Source: Paraphysomonas bandaiensis | Taxonomy: Eukaryota > Protista > Chrysophyceae | Direction: 5' to 3' | DNA: 64,000 bases | Assembly (NCBI GenBank): GCA_965644295.1 | Contig: CBFFRP010000365.1 | Span: 1 to 64,000 of the forward strand | Shown: piece by piece, positions 13,625 through 27,502 of the stretch | How the letters are laid out: the number at the start of each line of letters is the position of its first letter | How positions within the stretch are numbered: the stretch's first letter is position 1 | Made by a program: the position numbers and the translations under genes | Notes under the pieces: generated by a model | Database searches by the model: none | What the model was told of the DNA's origin: nothing | What the model saw: the letters and a program-made list of their open reading frames with translations, nothing else

Positions 13625-15719
13625 TGGGATATCTAGATGTAATCTAACAGTTTATGTATCTCTTGCTTCTCATTAGATTATGAGGGAATGTCAGAATGTC
13701 ATATATTTATATTTAGTAATATATAGAATGTTTTCCAACAGAAAAACGCTGGACAAAGTAAAACTCTTACTTTAAAAGAATTAAGATCCTTGGCCAATAC
13801 AGTAGCCGTAGCTACATCTGGATCTAAAATAGTTATAGCTACAAGGATTCTCAACGCATAATATGCTGTATTAGTTATAGTGGGGAAAACACAATTCATT
13901 TATGCTTTCTACCAATATGAATACGTAGTCCATTTTCTTTCCTTGCGACAAAATCACACATTGGGCAGATGACATTACCCGCACATATATTAAACTTGGC
14001 CTCCTCTTCCTTCTTCATTATTCTCCGTTCTTCTGCACTAATAAGAGCTCTCTTTCGCTCATTGGTGTCATTTCCGTGTTCATATGGGTGGAGTAAGCGA
14101 ATGAAACAAGCGTGTTCGTCGTGTTCGTCCTCTCTCTTCTGGCAGCTATTCGCTAGATTGCCGGGCTGCGTATCAATTGATTTGTTATAATTGCAATTAT
14201 TACTTGCTGTCTCAATTCAATTAATTGGTACGCAGCCTTGCTAGATTGTGAACTGTGAACACACAACTTCCAGTTATCAGTTAGGATCAGATGACTTCCC
14301 TCAACAAAGTCGGACTCGCACCTTTTCATGGTGTTCTGGGGGATAAGTACCGGAGATATTTCTCTGGGAAACTAAAGTAATCATAGCCAAAAGCCAAACG
14401 CTTGTGTGGTACAAGGGACAATAAGTAGTGTCACTTGGTGTAGACATCTTTGGGCCTTGACGAATAAACGGGTATCCGGGAATGGGTGCACATCAAGGGC
14501 ATCCGGGGTATTGGGCTGCCCACTAAAGTCAAGCATCCCAGGTATGTGCTCCCTACTGAAGTCAAGCATCCGGGCTGCTCATCTTAAGGACTCAAAAGCC
14601 CTGAATTTAGCAGATATCAGATATGTCTGCGTTTTCTTGAAGTGATAGAGTGAAAGTGGTTGCACCTTGGTGCTTGCTGACGCACAAGCAGCTTTCGTAG
14701 CGCTAAATAATAGGATATCAGAGTTAAGCACTAGTTAGTTAAACTATAATGCTACATTAGTTATGACTCTTACACTACATGTAGTAATGCTAGTAATCAG
14801 ATATTCACTACTCAGATGACTTTATTGTTTCTCCTCAGCACCTCTTTCTATGCACTTCGAAAGTAGTTATACTAATCTAATGTGCAACAACTAATAAATC
14901 TAATGCCCTTGTATACTGTACCTCTGACATCTGTGATTTTTGCGGGTTGCCATATTGGGACGTTCTCCGTATCGAAATATGAGTCCAATGCGTATGCTAT
15001 GCCTGGTATCGTGTTCATTGATAGGTACAACATGGGCGCCTATCCGGCTAGGATAGAAATAATTCTCGATGTAGGTTCGCTCCACTGAGTGAATTCCTTG
15101 TTGATATCGTAGTCTCTCTGCAGTGTCGGGTGGTAGTGGAGTATTCCTGGTCTTGTCGTAGGGACCAACAACTCTTTCAAATTGTTTGATCCACATATAT
15201 GGTCAGGTAAGCTCTCGTTGTGGTAACTCTGACATTCAGAGAGAGTGCCTGCAGAGTCATGTTGAACTACTCTACTCACATGTTTGTTTCGATGTCTTTG
15301 AGATGTTGCTCGTTGACAGGCACTGATGATGTCCAGTGCAGTGCAGTGCAGTACTTGGATCGCCTGCAATATATATAAGGAAAACTGAGAATTTTATGAC
15401 ACGAAAACCCCAGTTTTTTAGTATATTTCCCTTTCCAGACACCATATTCAAATATGGCAACATATCTAGAAGTTCTTATCTCAAGCATCGGCAGTCAGTA
15501 TTTCACTTTTCGGATATATATTGAAGCAAAATTCCTCTATAATACTGCAGTACAACTACAGCTGGAATACACATAATTGTTGTCTCAATATTCGAGGCAT
15601 CTTTCAACAAAAATATACGAAGGATGCACCTCAGAGTCGCACAGCTCGGCCTGGTATGCATGTCACAATCTCATTCTCGAGACTTGTCGTGACAATATCA
15701 TAACAAGACATAGCTGCGA

Positions 15720-17297
15720 ATGGACCCTCCTGAAAATGAGTTGGATATTGTCAAAAGGAAGATTGCTGCTATAGAAGTGAAGCTTGCTGATACAGAAGTG
15801 AAGCTTGCCAGAGCAGAAGCAGAAAGAGACAGAAAGCTTATCGAGGTGTATGCGAAACAAGCTATGGTGTATGAGAATCGTCTTGCGGGACTGCAGGAGA
15901 AAGAGAACCGACTCTCTCAAGCAGCAGGTGAGCTCATTGATTCCAATTCATGTGTCACCATTTAACATCTTCTGTTTTCCTCAAAAATATTTACGGCCGT
16001 AGGAAACTCCCCATCTACTATTGATATTCTTTTGAGCAAACTGGAGACAATGTCAATCGGGATGGTCGAGGTTGTCAGCAAAGTGGAGACAATGTCAACC
16101 AGGACGGTCAGCAAAATGGAGACAATGTCAACCGGGATGGCCAGCAAAATGGAGACAATGTCAACCGGGATGGCCAGCAAAATGGAGACAATGTCAACCG
16201 GGATGGCCAGCAAAATGGAGACAATGTCAACCGGGATTGAGGCTTTGCTTAAATATAACGAGGATAAGGAATCTGTCTCTGGTAGTGAGTTGAAGTTTTG
16301 TCATTACACTAGTTTTGGCTTTGGCGAATTGACACCCCGAATTGTCAAATGTGCCTTTGACTATGCTGCCACCAGACAAGAGTTTTCACAAATTAAGACA
16401 TGTGTTACGCAGTATACTCAAACAATAAGAAGTTTATATTGTGCCAAGAAAACAGAAGAGGTTGATTTTGTGCAGCCCTTGTCCCGTAATTTGTTGAAAG
16501 AGCTGGCGCAAGCAGTTGACATGGGAGGCAATGCAGAGGTGCAGTACAAAAATCACAGCCTTGCTGTTAAATATGACAGCAAAGAATATCACATTCATGG
16601 TGAAATGGACGCTGGATTATTTTTGAAAGACACAACTTTCTGTCTGTGCCCGTGGGAAGACAAGGATATGAGTAACGAATGGTCTTGGAAATACGTGACA
16701 CAATGTGCTGCTGAGATGGCGGGCAAATTAGAGCACTTACAATTTGGATATGATTTTATCCCAAAACGATATTGTGGTATTCTAACCAATGGGAGATGGT
16801 GGGTGATAGTTTTCAGACACATCAACAGCGAAAGACGAAGGTTGTGGCTGCACACAACTCCAATTCAAGCCATTGATATCGCCGGGAATATTATACCTCG
16901 AGGTGTTTATCAAGTAGTAATTCTTCTGTTTCATGCAATGATGATTTCCAAGGAGGTGATGAAGGCGCTGATCGTCAAGACGAGCAATATTTTTGATGTA
17001 GAAAAATCTGGTCGCCATATCGTCAAGTATAGCCCGCATGAAGACGCATCGAGTGATGATGACGATGTGAAGACACACTCGAGTGAAGGTGGGAACATCG
17101 CTCGGCACAATGAGAGGGGTCAACATGGTGAAAATGGGGGGAAGCAGAGTGGTGGGCACCAGCATGCTGGACAAAGGTATGCATTGCAGGATATTGGCAA
17201 CATATGTAGTCCTTTGACTGTAAGCAACATCGCTGCCCACCAGAAATTAGTGCCAAAAAAGAATGTATTTACTGAAATTGGTCAGCGTGACTATTGA
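15720..17297 (+). CDS. REase-fold effector-like protein, copy 4 (~500 aa, diverged nuclease domain); intron 15928-16002
   Basis: Same structure, with ~13 amino-acid substitutions in the C-terminal half. Confidence 0.8.
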
Positions 17298-17382
17298 TGG
17301 GATATCTAGATGTAATCTAACAGTTTATGTATCTCTTGCTTCTCATTAGATTATGAGGGAATGTCAGAATGTCATATATTTA

Positions 17383-18838
17383 GGAAGACAAGGATATGAG
17401 TAACGAATGGTCTTGGAAATACGTGACACAATGTGCTGCTGAGATGGCGGGCAAATTAGAGCACTTACAATTTGGATATGATTTTATCCCAAAACGATAT
17501 TGTGGTATTCTAACCAATGGGAGATGGTGGGTGATAGTTTTCAGACACATCAACAGCGAAAGACGAAGGTTGTGGCTGCACACAACTCCAATTCAAGCCA
17601 TTGATATCGCCGGGAATATTATACCTCGAGGTGTTTATCAAGTAGTAATTCTTCTGTTTCATGCAATGATGATTTCCAAGGAGGTGATGAAGGCGCTGAT
17701 CGTCAAGACGAGCAATATTTTTGATGTAGAAAAATCTGGTCGCCATATCGACAAGTATAGCCCGCATGAAGACGCATCGAGTGATGATGACGATGTGAAG
17801 ACACACTCGAGTGAAGGTGGGAACATCGCTCGGCACAATGAGAGGGGTCAACATGGTGAAAATGGGGGGAAGCAGAGTGGTGGGCACCAGCATGCTGGAC
17901 AAAGGTATGCATTGCAGGATATTGGCAACATATGTAGTCCTTTGACTGTAAGCAACATCGCTGCCCACCAGAAATTAGTGCCAAAAAAGAATGTATTTAC
18001 TGAAATTGGTCAGCGTGACTATTGATGGGATATCTAGATGTAATCTAACAGTTTATGTATCTCTTGCTTCTCATTAGATTATGAGGGAATGTCAGAATGT
18101 CATATATTTAGGAAGACAAGGATATGAGTAACGAATGGTCTTGGAAATACGTGACACAATGTGCTGCTGAGATGGCGGGCAAATTAGAGCACTTACAATT
18201 TGGATATGATTTTATCCCAAAACGATATTGTGGTATTCTAACCAATGGGAGATGGTGGGTGATAGTTTTCAGACACATCAACAGCGAAAGACGAAGGTTG
18301 TGGCTGCACACAACTCCAATTCAAGCCATTGATATCGCCGGGAATATTATACCTCGAGGTGTTTATCAAGTAGTAATTCTTCTGTTTCATGCAATGATGA
18401 TTTCCAAGGAGGTGATGAAGGCGCTGATCGTCAAGACGAGCAATATTTTTGATGTAGAAAAATCTGGTCGCCATATCGACAAGTATAGCCCGCATGAAGA
18501 CGCATCGAGTGATGATGACGATGTGAAGACACACTCGAGTGAAGGTGGGAACATCGCTCGGCACAATGAGACGGGTCAACATGGTGAAAATGGGGGGAAG
18601 CAGAGTGGTGGGCACCAGCATGCTGGACAAAGGTATGCATTGCAGGATATTGGCAACATATGTAGTCCTTTGACTGTAAGCAACATCGCTGCCCACCAGA
18701 AATTAGTGCCAAAAAAGAATGTATTTACTGAAATTGGTCAGCGTGACTATTGATGGGATATCTAGATGTAATCTAACAGTTTATGTATCTCTTGCTTCTC
18801 ATTAGATTATGAGGGAATGTCAGAATGTCATATATTTA
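17383..18838 (+). pseudogene. Two 728-bp tandem duplications of the 3' half of copy 4 (ORFs 17396-18025 and 18124-18753)
   Basis: Sequence 16655-17382 is repeated at 17383 and 18111. The copies lack the N-terminus and the first catalytic Asp. Confidence 0.85.
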
Positions 18839-18929
18839 TATATAGTAATATATAAAATGTTTTCCAGCAGAAAAAAGCTGGACAAAGTAAAACTCTTACT
18901 TTAAAAGAATTAAGATCCTTGGCCAATAC

Positions 18930-19247
18930 AGCTACATCTGGATCTAAAAAAGTTATAGCCACAAGGATTCTCAAGTTGAGAGGTCGCCTGGGTCCCAAAT
19001 CACAAGGGGGGTTAACCAGATGACAAAAAGAACTTCTAAATAATACAATAAGCATTTAACTCAAGTAAAAATGATTACACAACAAGCCGTAGCTACATCT
19101 GGATCTAAAAAAGTTATAGCCACAAGGATTCTCAAGTTGAGAGGTCGCCTGGGTCCCAAATCACAAGGGGGGTTAACCAGATGACAAAAAGAACTTCTAA
19201 ATAATACAATAAGCATTTAACTCAAGTAAAAATGATTACACAACAAG
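18930..19247. repeat. Two-copy direct repeat, period ~161 bp
   Basis: AGCTACATCTGGATC...GATTACACAACAAG occurs twice. Confidence 0.9.
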
Positions 19248-19819
19248 TGGTGTATTAACGGTAGTATTTAGTTCAACAGCAATCATGCATTATTTGAGTG
19301 ACCAACAGCATTTAAGTGGCCTACATGAGCCTAAAGGGTATACCGGCTTAGTTCTAACAAAAAATTCACAGGAAAGTTACTCTCCCAATTTCGGGTTCGT
19401 TGAATGCCAAGTTATGACACAATTGGATGATTTACTAAGTTAACTGGACGTTTATTCACTCATTAAACAAGTTAAGAATAGGGAAGATTATAATAAATAT
19501 AATAAACAATAAACAATATATCACGGTATCTCTACTACCACTCATTTCTAGTACGATCTTATATCGTCACTATCTTCTTGTATGGTCAATATATATTCAG
19601 TTCTCATTACTTCTCATAATACAGTTAACCACTACTGTATTCTCCAGTAACCGTCATAATTCCAATATCTTAGAATTACACCTTTTAATTGCTTAAACAG
19701 CAAAACTCAACATTAAAGATTAAGAAATGGTTTTAAAATATTACATATTATAATATGCGCCATTATTTCATTATAAACAATGATAACACAGGGGGGTCAT
19801 TCAAATGGCTTGATGACAT

Positions 19820-20540
19820 ACACATGCATGCGTATGCTGCAAATTAACGACAAATCTTGAGCATATATAAATTTCACCTAATCTCATAGTTCATTACAGT
19901 ACCATCTAGTTCTCATTATTGCTAGCGCTTGTAACAGAAGAGCAATAACTGTACATACAATGAATAAACTGATTATTACCCAACAGCCCAATAGTACCCC
20001 AGCTACACACTCTACTACTCTCGTACCACTACTTATTACCTGATACTAGCCGTGGGTGTCTGTACCTGAAAGCCATTTCTGATGCATTTCTCTTTTTCCC
20101 ACGACTGAGAGCATTGCGCAGTAAGTCGAGCTTCTCCACTACCTCACCTGCATGGTCTTCTTTTTCCATTTCAAACACGGTTTCATACTGTAAATCAGCA
20201 CATAAAGCAACGACGTACTTGGACTGAACTTTCACTGCGCATTTCAAATGCTTTACTCCCCTCCAATACTAATAGGCATAGCGCTTGCGTCAACTTCAAT
20301 AACCTCGAGACACACAGCACAAATTGGTGTACTTCCATCCACACTCTCCGCATTTCTACAGGTCATGGGAACCCACTTGTCACGCTCATTGTGTCGAGTA
20401 ATTAAATTACCCTACAAAAAGCTTATTTTAGCTACATATGTTCATAATGAGGAATAAACCTTTACAATAGCTCTCCCGCATAGACTGTTAGTATTGAAGC
20501 TTGCTATACGAACTCACAGTTAATAATAGCACAATTCACA
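19820..20540 (-). repeat. Dispersed repeat encoding a decayed Zn-finger-like C-terminus; inverted homolog at ~40745-41420
   Basis: Its reverse complement aligns to 40745-41420. Translation reads PICAVCLEVIE..HLKCAVKV..LRNALSRGKKR. Confidence 0.7.
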
Positions 20541-20873
20541 CTTAGTTAGTAATTTGGAATTCCAATAAGCAATTTGAGAGAGCGAATACACTGTGAATTG
20601 TGCTATTATTAACTGTGAGTTCGTATAGCAAGCTTCAATACTAACAGTCTATGCGGGAGAGCTATTGTAAAGGTTTATTCCTCATTATGTATATATGTAG
20701 CTAAAATAAGCTTTTTGTAGGGTAATTTAATTACTCGACACAATGAGCGTGACAAGTGGGTTCCCATGACCTGTAGAAATGCGGAGAGTGTAGATGGAAA
20801 TACACCAATTTGTGCTGTGTGTCTCGAGGTTATTGAAGATGACGCAAGCACTATGCGTGTTAGTATTGGAGGG
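20259..20873. repeat. ~280-bp inverted repeat with a ~51-bp spacer
   Basis: 20259-20540 is nearly the exact reverse complement of 20592-20873. The mirror ORFs 20248+ and 20675- share the same peptide. Confidence 0.92.
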
Positions 20874-22179
20874 AAACGTGGAGTAAAGTATGTGAACACT
20901 TAGTAACACACTTACTTAGTAACATAGTAGCATGACACTATCTATGCTTGTATTACTCATTTCAGTACCTGTTGTTATAATATACAGTCATATCATACAG
21001 TCATTTCTTTTGTACAGCTTGGCATTATACATTATACAGTATAATATTATATTACACATCGTTCAGATATGTATATCATTACACAATATAGTACATCTTT
21101 ACTACTTCACTTCAAACGAATTAAAGATATAATGCAACAGTAGTCTACACACAAGAAGGAACAGGGGCAACCGGGCGCTTGGCGCTTGTGCCGCTTAGGC
21201 ATCCCACTTGCACCGGAAAGTATAAATATCATTGCATCTACAACAACATAATAAACCATCAGCGTCTCATATCACGTACAATCAAATCATATACCATCAC
21301 ACAACATAGTACATCCGTACATCGGTCATAGTGTATGCCATCCAGCCCATATCATATCATCATAATGTACAGCATTTTTTTTTCACCTGTACCACTGGTC
21401 ACCTGTCTGCATATCTGACACTTTAAATAAGATGATGGAAACATGCAATTACCTGGCATTCAAACATTCATTCATGTGTGTTTAATGCATAATATGGCTG
21501 CCCGTCATATATATCGCTCCAGTGTATGGCATTCCTATATTTTAGGCACAACTAGCCTATCATACGAAAATTAAAACAAGCAATTGGATGAATCCAGACA
21601 ATGTGAGACGCAACAGTAATATATAATAATAATCCACCATATTGTGCATTGTGCATCACCTTGTATATCAATAGTATAAATCTTTATTATATACAATCAT
21701 GTATTTCATTGTAGCTGTGTTTACATAGTACTGTTTGAGTATTACAGTTAAAGTTCACAGATTCAAGGTTCACTTATTACTTTCCACCATTCAAGAATTG
21801 TCGACTTCTGAAACTAGACACATGAAAACAGCTTGCAGGAATATCGTAGAGCTTCAAGATATATGCCGACAATGCATTCCAAGTCAAATATTGTTATTAA
21901 TTACTACTTGTTGCATCTTTTTCCATTCATTAACTTCAGCCCACACACCCAAGTGCGACTCTCTCATATAAGTTGCTATTCTACTAGTACCCTTCTCAAC
22001 AAGTAGGATCTCGCATTCCTGAAAACAATACAGGAACACGTACAAAATCTTGTGTACCCAGCGCAATAACGTTCCGTAACATATCGGTACCATTCGAGAA
22101 AGCGAAAGTAAACCAACTCTATTTACCAATGTCATGAAACCGCAGAAATTTAGGTAACACAAGTCGAAAGTGGCAGAGT

Positions 22180-24795
22180 CTACCACAGAGAGTCCCTCTC
22201 AACATGAACCAGTGATGTTGATGCCAACGGCCCTGAAGAACTCGAGTAACCCTTCGCCAGCTGAATACCGTCACCATTCTCTTCGTCTTCATCATCAGCG
22301 TAGAGAGAGGCTGGTTCAGATGTGGGGTGAGACACTGCAGCAGTCGTAGCGCCTGCATCGAAGTGTAAAATTTCATGCTTCGTGACAAATTACATTTATA
22401 GTGTACATGTCGAGAAGATAACTTAGAAACTATACAACGACAGAACAGCTTACCTTCTTCATTATGAGACACAGGGATATGTTCGTGGCTGTGGAGCGAG
22501 TTGCCCAAATGCTCAGAACCTAAGCACATCATTTACTTAATAGCCTAATCGAATTATTGTATTGCTTTATACAACAGATTGAAACAACACATGCAGATGT
22601 ATCACACTTTGAAACAACTACCTCCAGTGGAAGAAAGGTCCATCTCATGCCTTCTGTTGGCATCATATCCCTTGATGACCCAAGGGTAAATCCACTTCTC
22701 TTCCCACAGAAGGAATTTATAGGGCTTAGCTTGTTTCTTGAGCTGCATAAATACAAGTGTTGGCGTCAGCAGTACATATCAGTAAAAGAGTAGACGATAA
22801 TACCTTCTCAACATAGGGTCCAGGATCAACACCTCTGGGAATACCAAGCAACTCAAGCATTTTGATAGTAAACCCACCTAAAGCTGTATTATACACGGCA
22901 TTGATGACTAAATATCATTACCCTTCACAAATATGGTAATTAGGGCTACAACCATGGTGGTGCACACAATAACATCTCTGTTGTCTTTTTCATCAGGGAA
23001 AATATTCGCGCAAGCGTAAGCAACAGCTCCTCTGAGACCAGAGAAAAATACCATATGCATGGTATTCTTAGGAATGAGATTGGGGCGGCGGTTCTTTTGG
23101 CGAGCACGTCTCTCCCTGTAGTTATTGACCTACATATAACTTTAGACACAGAACAACCAGTACGCTGACATATACTATGCATCACATAGAGAACTGAATT
23201 GCGTCATACTGCACACTCTACACAGCATACGGTACCATGGTTAATAAGGGATAGACATGCGTAGCCCTAGAAACAACAATCAGTAAGAGAGTCCACAGAA
23301 TGAAACTGCCGTGGTAGAAAGAAGCGTTGCTCTACGGAGAAACAATTAGATCTCAAATATTATTGAAAAATGTTAACATAATCAGGTGGAATTCCGCAAA
23401 GTACAAGAATTGTACCTTAGCGAACACAGCAACCCCCATATACAGAAAGACAGAAGTTTCGGACATGTAGGCCATAATTTCAAAGACAAATGCTGCCGCT
23501 CTCTTTGCCTGGAAAGTATATTATGTAAGTGACAAAAGGATATGGTGCGATGAGAGGGCTGCCAACAAATCACCTGAGGGGGCATATTATTGCTGCTGTA
23601 TCTTCTTGCAGTGATAGCAGTGAATAGAATTGTTACTATTCCACTCAATTGCAGCGTTTCTGACATATAAAAGTGAAAAAACATATTACACGTTGAGACT
23701 AAACGCTGTCAAGCTGTGATACAAGTGTATAATATATTACAGAACATATTGTAAAGCGTGTATATGGCAGGGTACCTGCTAAGAAGAAAGGAATATATAC
23801 CATTCCCACAAACACGCTGACCAGAACAATCCTATGGTGGCTCATATCAACTTTCTTGAATATCCATGCAGAGAACAGTCCGAGAACATATCCAATAATT
23901 AGTGATGCAACAAAACTGATCACGAAATCAACAAAAGCGATAAGTCCCTCCTCAATACCAATTGGAATGCCCACAAATTTTCCGGTAGTGCGGAACAATG
24001 TGATAGCGACAGCATCGTTCATCACCTACACAATAGATTTTTAATACTCTATTATACGCGATCAAGTAGAATAACATCTTTGCAACATGTTGGGTTTGCA
24101 ACACAATAAAAATTCAACAAACAATATGAAATAAATCTATAGCATCTACGTACCGATTCCCCGAAAACCAGGTAGAACAAGGTGGGATCTACTCTGAGCT
24201 CAGTAAACACCGCTAGTGTGCTGACTGGGTCAGTTGCAGATATCAATGATCCAAAGCAGATTCCCTCAATCAGAGAGATCGGATAAGAAACTCCGGATTG
24301 ACCAAAAATGTACAAGAAGATTCCCACAACAAGGGCAGAATAAGCTGTACCAATGAATGCCAGAGATATGATACCACCCAAATTGGCAAAAAACAAACGA
24401 CGTTTGAGCATATATCCCGCATTAAAAATAATTGGAGGAAGAAAAGCAATGAAGAATACAGTTGCATTGAATCCCAATACACTAACACCTTTATCTTCTT
24501 GTGTATCAGCACCAGATGCACGAATAATTCCACCAATAAACATGCCGAGAAGTACGGTCGCACCGGATTCAGGAAGAAATGTTAATTTCCATATTTTTCC
24601 GACATAAAATTGAAGTAAAAGTGTAGAAACCAAAAGGACTAGAAAAACTAATAAGTATTCTGCCACAACAACTTCTTCTTCACGTGTATTAGCATGTTTT
24701 TCCCATCCAAATAAGTCTCCTTCCTCTTCCTCCTCTAATCGTCTGTTATTATATATGAATGGATACAAATGTTTGACCATATCAAATGACATCAT
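22180..24795 (-). CDS. Na+/H+ exchanger (CPA1 family, NHE8/NHX-like), ~10 exons
   Basis: Motifs FFIAFLPPIIFNAGY, ISATDPVSTLAVF, VFGES|VMNDAVAI, LSGIVTILF and FSGLRGAVAYA are joined by GT-AG introns (e.g. 24026-24153). Stop follows ..ERDSLW. Confidence 0.93.
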
Positions 24796-25032
24796 ATTTA
24801 ATATATAATCAAAGCAATTTAAAGCTTTGATTAATGAGAAAAATCAATAGAATGCAATGATTTGAGATGCACTTAATATGACTGTATATAACAACTGAAA
24901 ATAAATTAGAAGAGAGTGTTATTGCCACACATACAACAAAAATCATATGCCACATATGCTAGATGAGGACGTACCACGGAAATAAGATATACAACGAATT
25001 ATTGGACATATTTTTGTGTGGAATGCATGGTG

Positions 25033-25560
25033 TATGTATGTATGTATGTATGTATGTATGTATGTATGTATGTATGTATGTATGTATGTATGTATGTATG
25101 TATGTATGTATGTATGTATGTATGTATGTATGTATGTATGTATGTATGTATGTATGTATGTATGTATGTATGTATGTATGTATGTATGTATGTATGTATG
25201 TATGTATGTATGTATGTATGTATGTATGTATGTATGTATGTATGTATGTATGTAGGTATGTATGTATGTAGGTATGTATGTATGTATGTATGTATGTATG
25301 TATGTATGTATGTATGTATGTATGTATGTATGTATGTATGTATGTATGTATGTATGTATGTATGTATGTAGGTATGTATGTATGTATGTATGTATGTATG
25401 TATGTATGTATGTATGTATGTATGTATGTATGTATGTATGTATGTATGTATGTATGTATGTATGTATGTATGTATGTATGTATGTATGTATGTATGTATG
25501 TATGTATGTATGTATGTATGTATGTATGTATGCATGTATGTATGTACGTATGTATGTAGG
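25033..25560. repeat. (TATG)n/(CATA)n microsatellite
   Basis: Direct tetranucleotide run. Confidence 0.99.
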
Positions 25561-26299
25561 TAGGTACTTATAGATGTATTTGCACAAGTACAGAAATGCA
25601 TCTAGAAACAAAAAAGTTCTATATGAGCGAGTAGAGTATTTCGTCCCATAATGTGGATATCAGGACATAGCTACAGCAGTGCTGAATAGGAAGCTATGGG
25701 ACATCTATTTGAAAGTGTCTCTACAAAATAGAATCTCTGAGACACCTAAACAGTTCAAAGCACCCGACTGCCCTTGTTACAGATATACTATACGTACCCT
25801 CTCCTGTAGCTGTCTATGGATATTTCAATGGGACCGGTGCAGAATATGATACATTTTGGTTTTTTTGACGTCTCATTGCTGAATGTGATACTTTTTTGGG
25901 GGGGTTTCATGGCTCGGTTCCAAGAATTACAGATTTGGATGCCAATATCCAGGATTTTGAAAATCAATTTAGAAAGTGGGGCTTTTTCGTGTATCAAGTG
26001 TATGAAAAGCCCTGAATGATGGCAGGCTGGCTGTTGGAAGATATCAGTGCAACACTATGAATATAGTCACATATACAAACTGCACAGATATGATTCATGC
26101 TTACTTTCATGTATCTGGGAAGATACTACTCTGCAGTCTGTAGATCCAGTGGATAGATTCTCACAGTTACAGACTGTGGTGTTCTATATCTAGCTATCTC
26201 TATACCGGACACTGATGCACACGCACATATCTCTATCAAGGATATCATCGTGCCTCTTAACCTCAACTACATCTCCTTATAGTTTCTATGCAATGCTGA

Positions 26300-27502
26300 T
26301 GCATATGGCATTAAGTATGCTCCAGCTTCATCTCGACTATGCATGCAATAGCTGCAATAGACCATACATGACTATCATCGTTAAGGGATGGGAAGGTGAA
26401 CAGTGAACATGGTCTTGGTCTTGCTAGTATCTGCATAATCGTTGTGCAAATGATCACGATTGGGGCACTAGAGGTGGCTCTCCCAGTATCTGCGTGCAGT
26501 GTTATGAACAGTAGTGAGCTTATACGAGAGCCACACTGTTGGAATGGGAAACAACTAACGATTATGTCGTCCATATAGAACGAAACCAACGCTATGGTCA
26601 ACGACCGCACCCTGATGACTGCAGTTACGCTTACGAATCGGTTGTTCAGTTATATATTTGCACTGGATTTCCCCTAAAACCGTTCTACTAACCTATAATT
26701 CCTTCTAGGATCAACGTGCTGGACCACATCCTCCTCCCAGATGTATTAATTAACAATCTCCAGTGATTGAGCCACAGGTTGGACTGCCTCAAAAACTGAA
26801 CTTGTACAAGTCTCCTTCCTCTCTAGTCACTTTTCGGGATCTTCCTTGTATTTTTTCCGAGCAGCTGTAAGTGGGTTATCGGTAGCTTTCACTAGTCGTT
26901 CCTCAAGTCCTAAATAGTTCCGATTCCTCCGCATGAACCACACCTTGAGTTTCTTTATCCAGATGATCACCCCAAATTAATCGAACTTTAGAACCTTAAC
27001 TACTGTATATATTGAATGTCTGATTATTTAGCAATAGGCGTTGAAAGCCTGCACCAATTAGTGGCTAGAAGAATGCTAGTCATACTAGTTAGACTACTAC
27101 CCGTAACTAATCAATACAAACTCTTTTATCCTACTATTTAACGCTACAGAAGCTGCTTGTGCGTCGCCGCAAGCACCAAGGTGCAACCACTTCCGTTCTT
27201 AGTGTGTGTTATGAGGCTCGCCATGATCGTGTGTCCTGGGACTCACCGGCGCGTGTGATCTGGAGGTCTCCTCTTGGGATGAGACTCCACTCGCTATATG
27301 ATAGATAGCCTTATGTACCTCACGGGGACTGACTTATTAGCCTTATGGCAGTTAGGGGAAACAGTAATATGCCCTTCTGAGATTGGCGATCTGGTGGCCT
27401 TCCTTTAGGCATTGTTCCAAGTGGCTCGGAGGTATGTGGATGAAGGTGTTGCAAAAGGTTATGGCCTACTGTGAAGAAGCGTCGAAATCGGTATTTCGAC
27501 AT
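26300..27502 (-). pseudogene. Decayed copia gag, interrupted just after its start codon by the element at 27010-27491
   Basis: Translation VKVLKFD*FGVIIWIKKLKVWFMRRN..KKYKED..VFEAVQ aligns with the gag N-terminus at 2642 (VVPQFNESNVEQWIEDFETFLMRK..KSYRQ..CREAVQ). Multiple stops. Confidence 0.65.
27010..27491 (-). mobile_element. 5'-truncated copy of the element at ~34360-35965
   Basis: Near-identical reverse complement of 35482-35965. Confidence 0.85.

Larger units (their letters stand above)
2920..17382. repeat. Tandem array of four near-identical ~3.7-kb units (starts ~2920, 6679, 10358, 13999; periods 3759, 3679, 3641)
   Basis: The same ORF set recurs at these offsets. Length differences are fully explained by copy number of the in-frame repeats and of (CAGTG)n. 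Confidence 0.97.

Noticed and set aside
24943-25611. ORFs of YIHT/MYVC repeats (also at 31.5-32 kb, 38 kb, 42.5 kb and 53 kb)
   Set aside because: Translations of the (TATG)n microsatellite, which has no stop codons; not genes.
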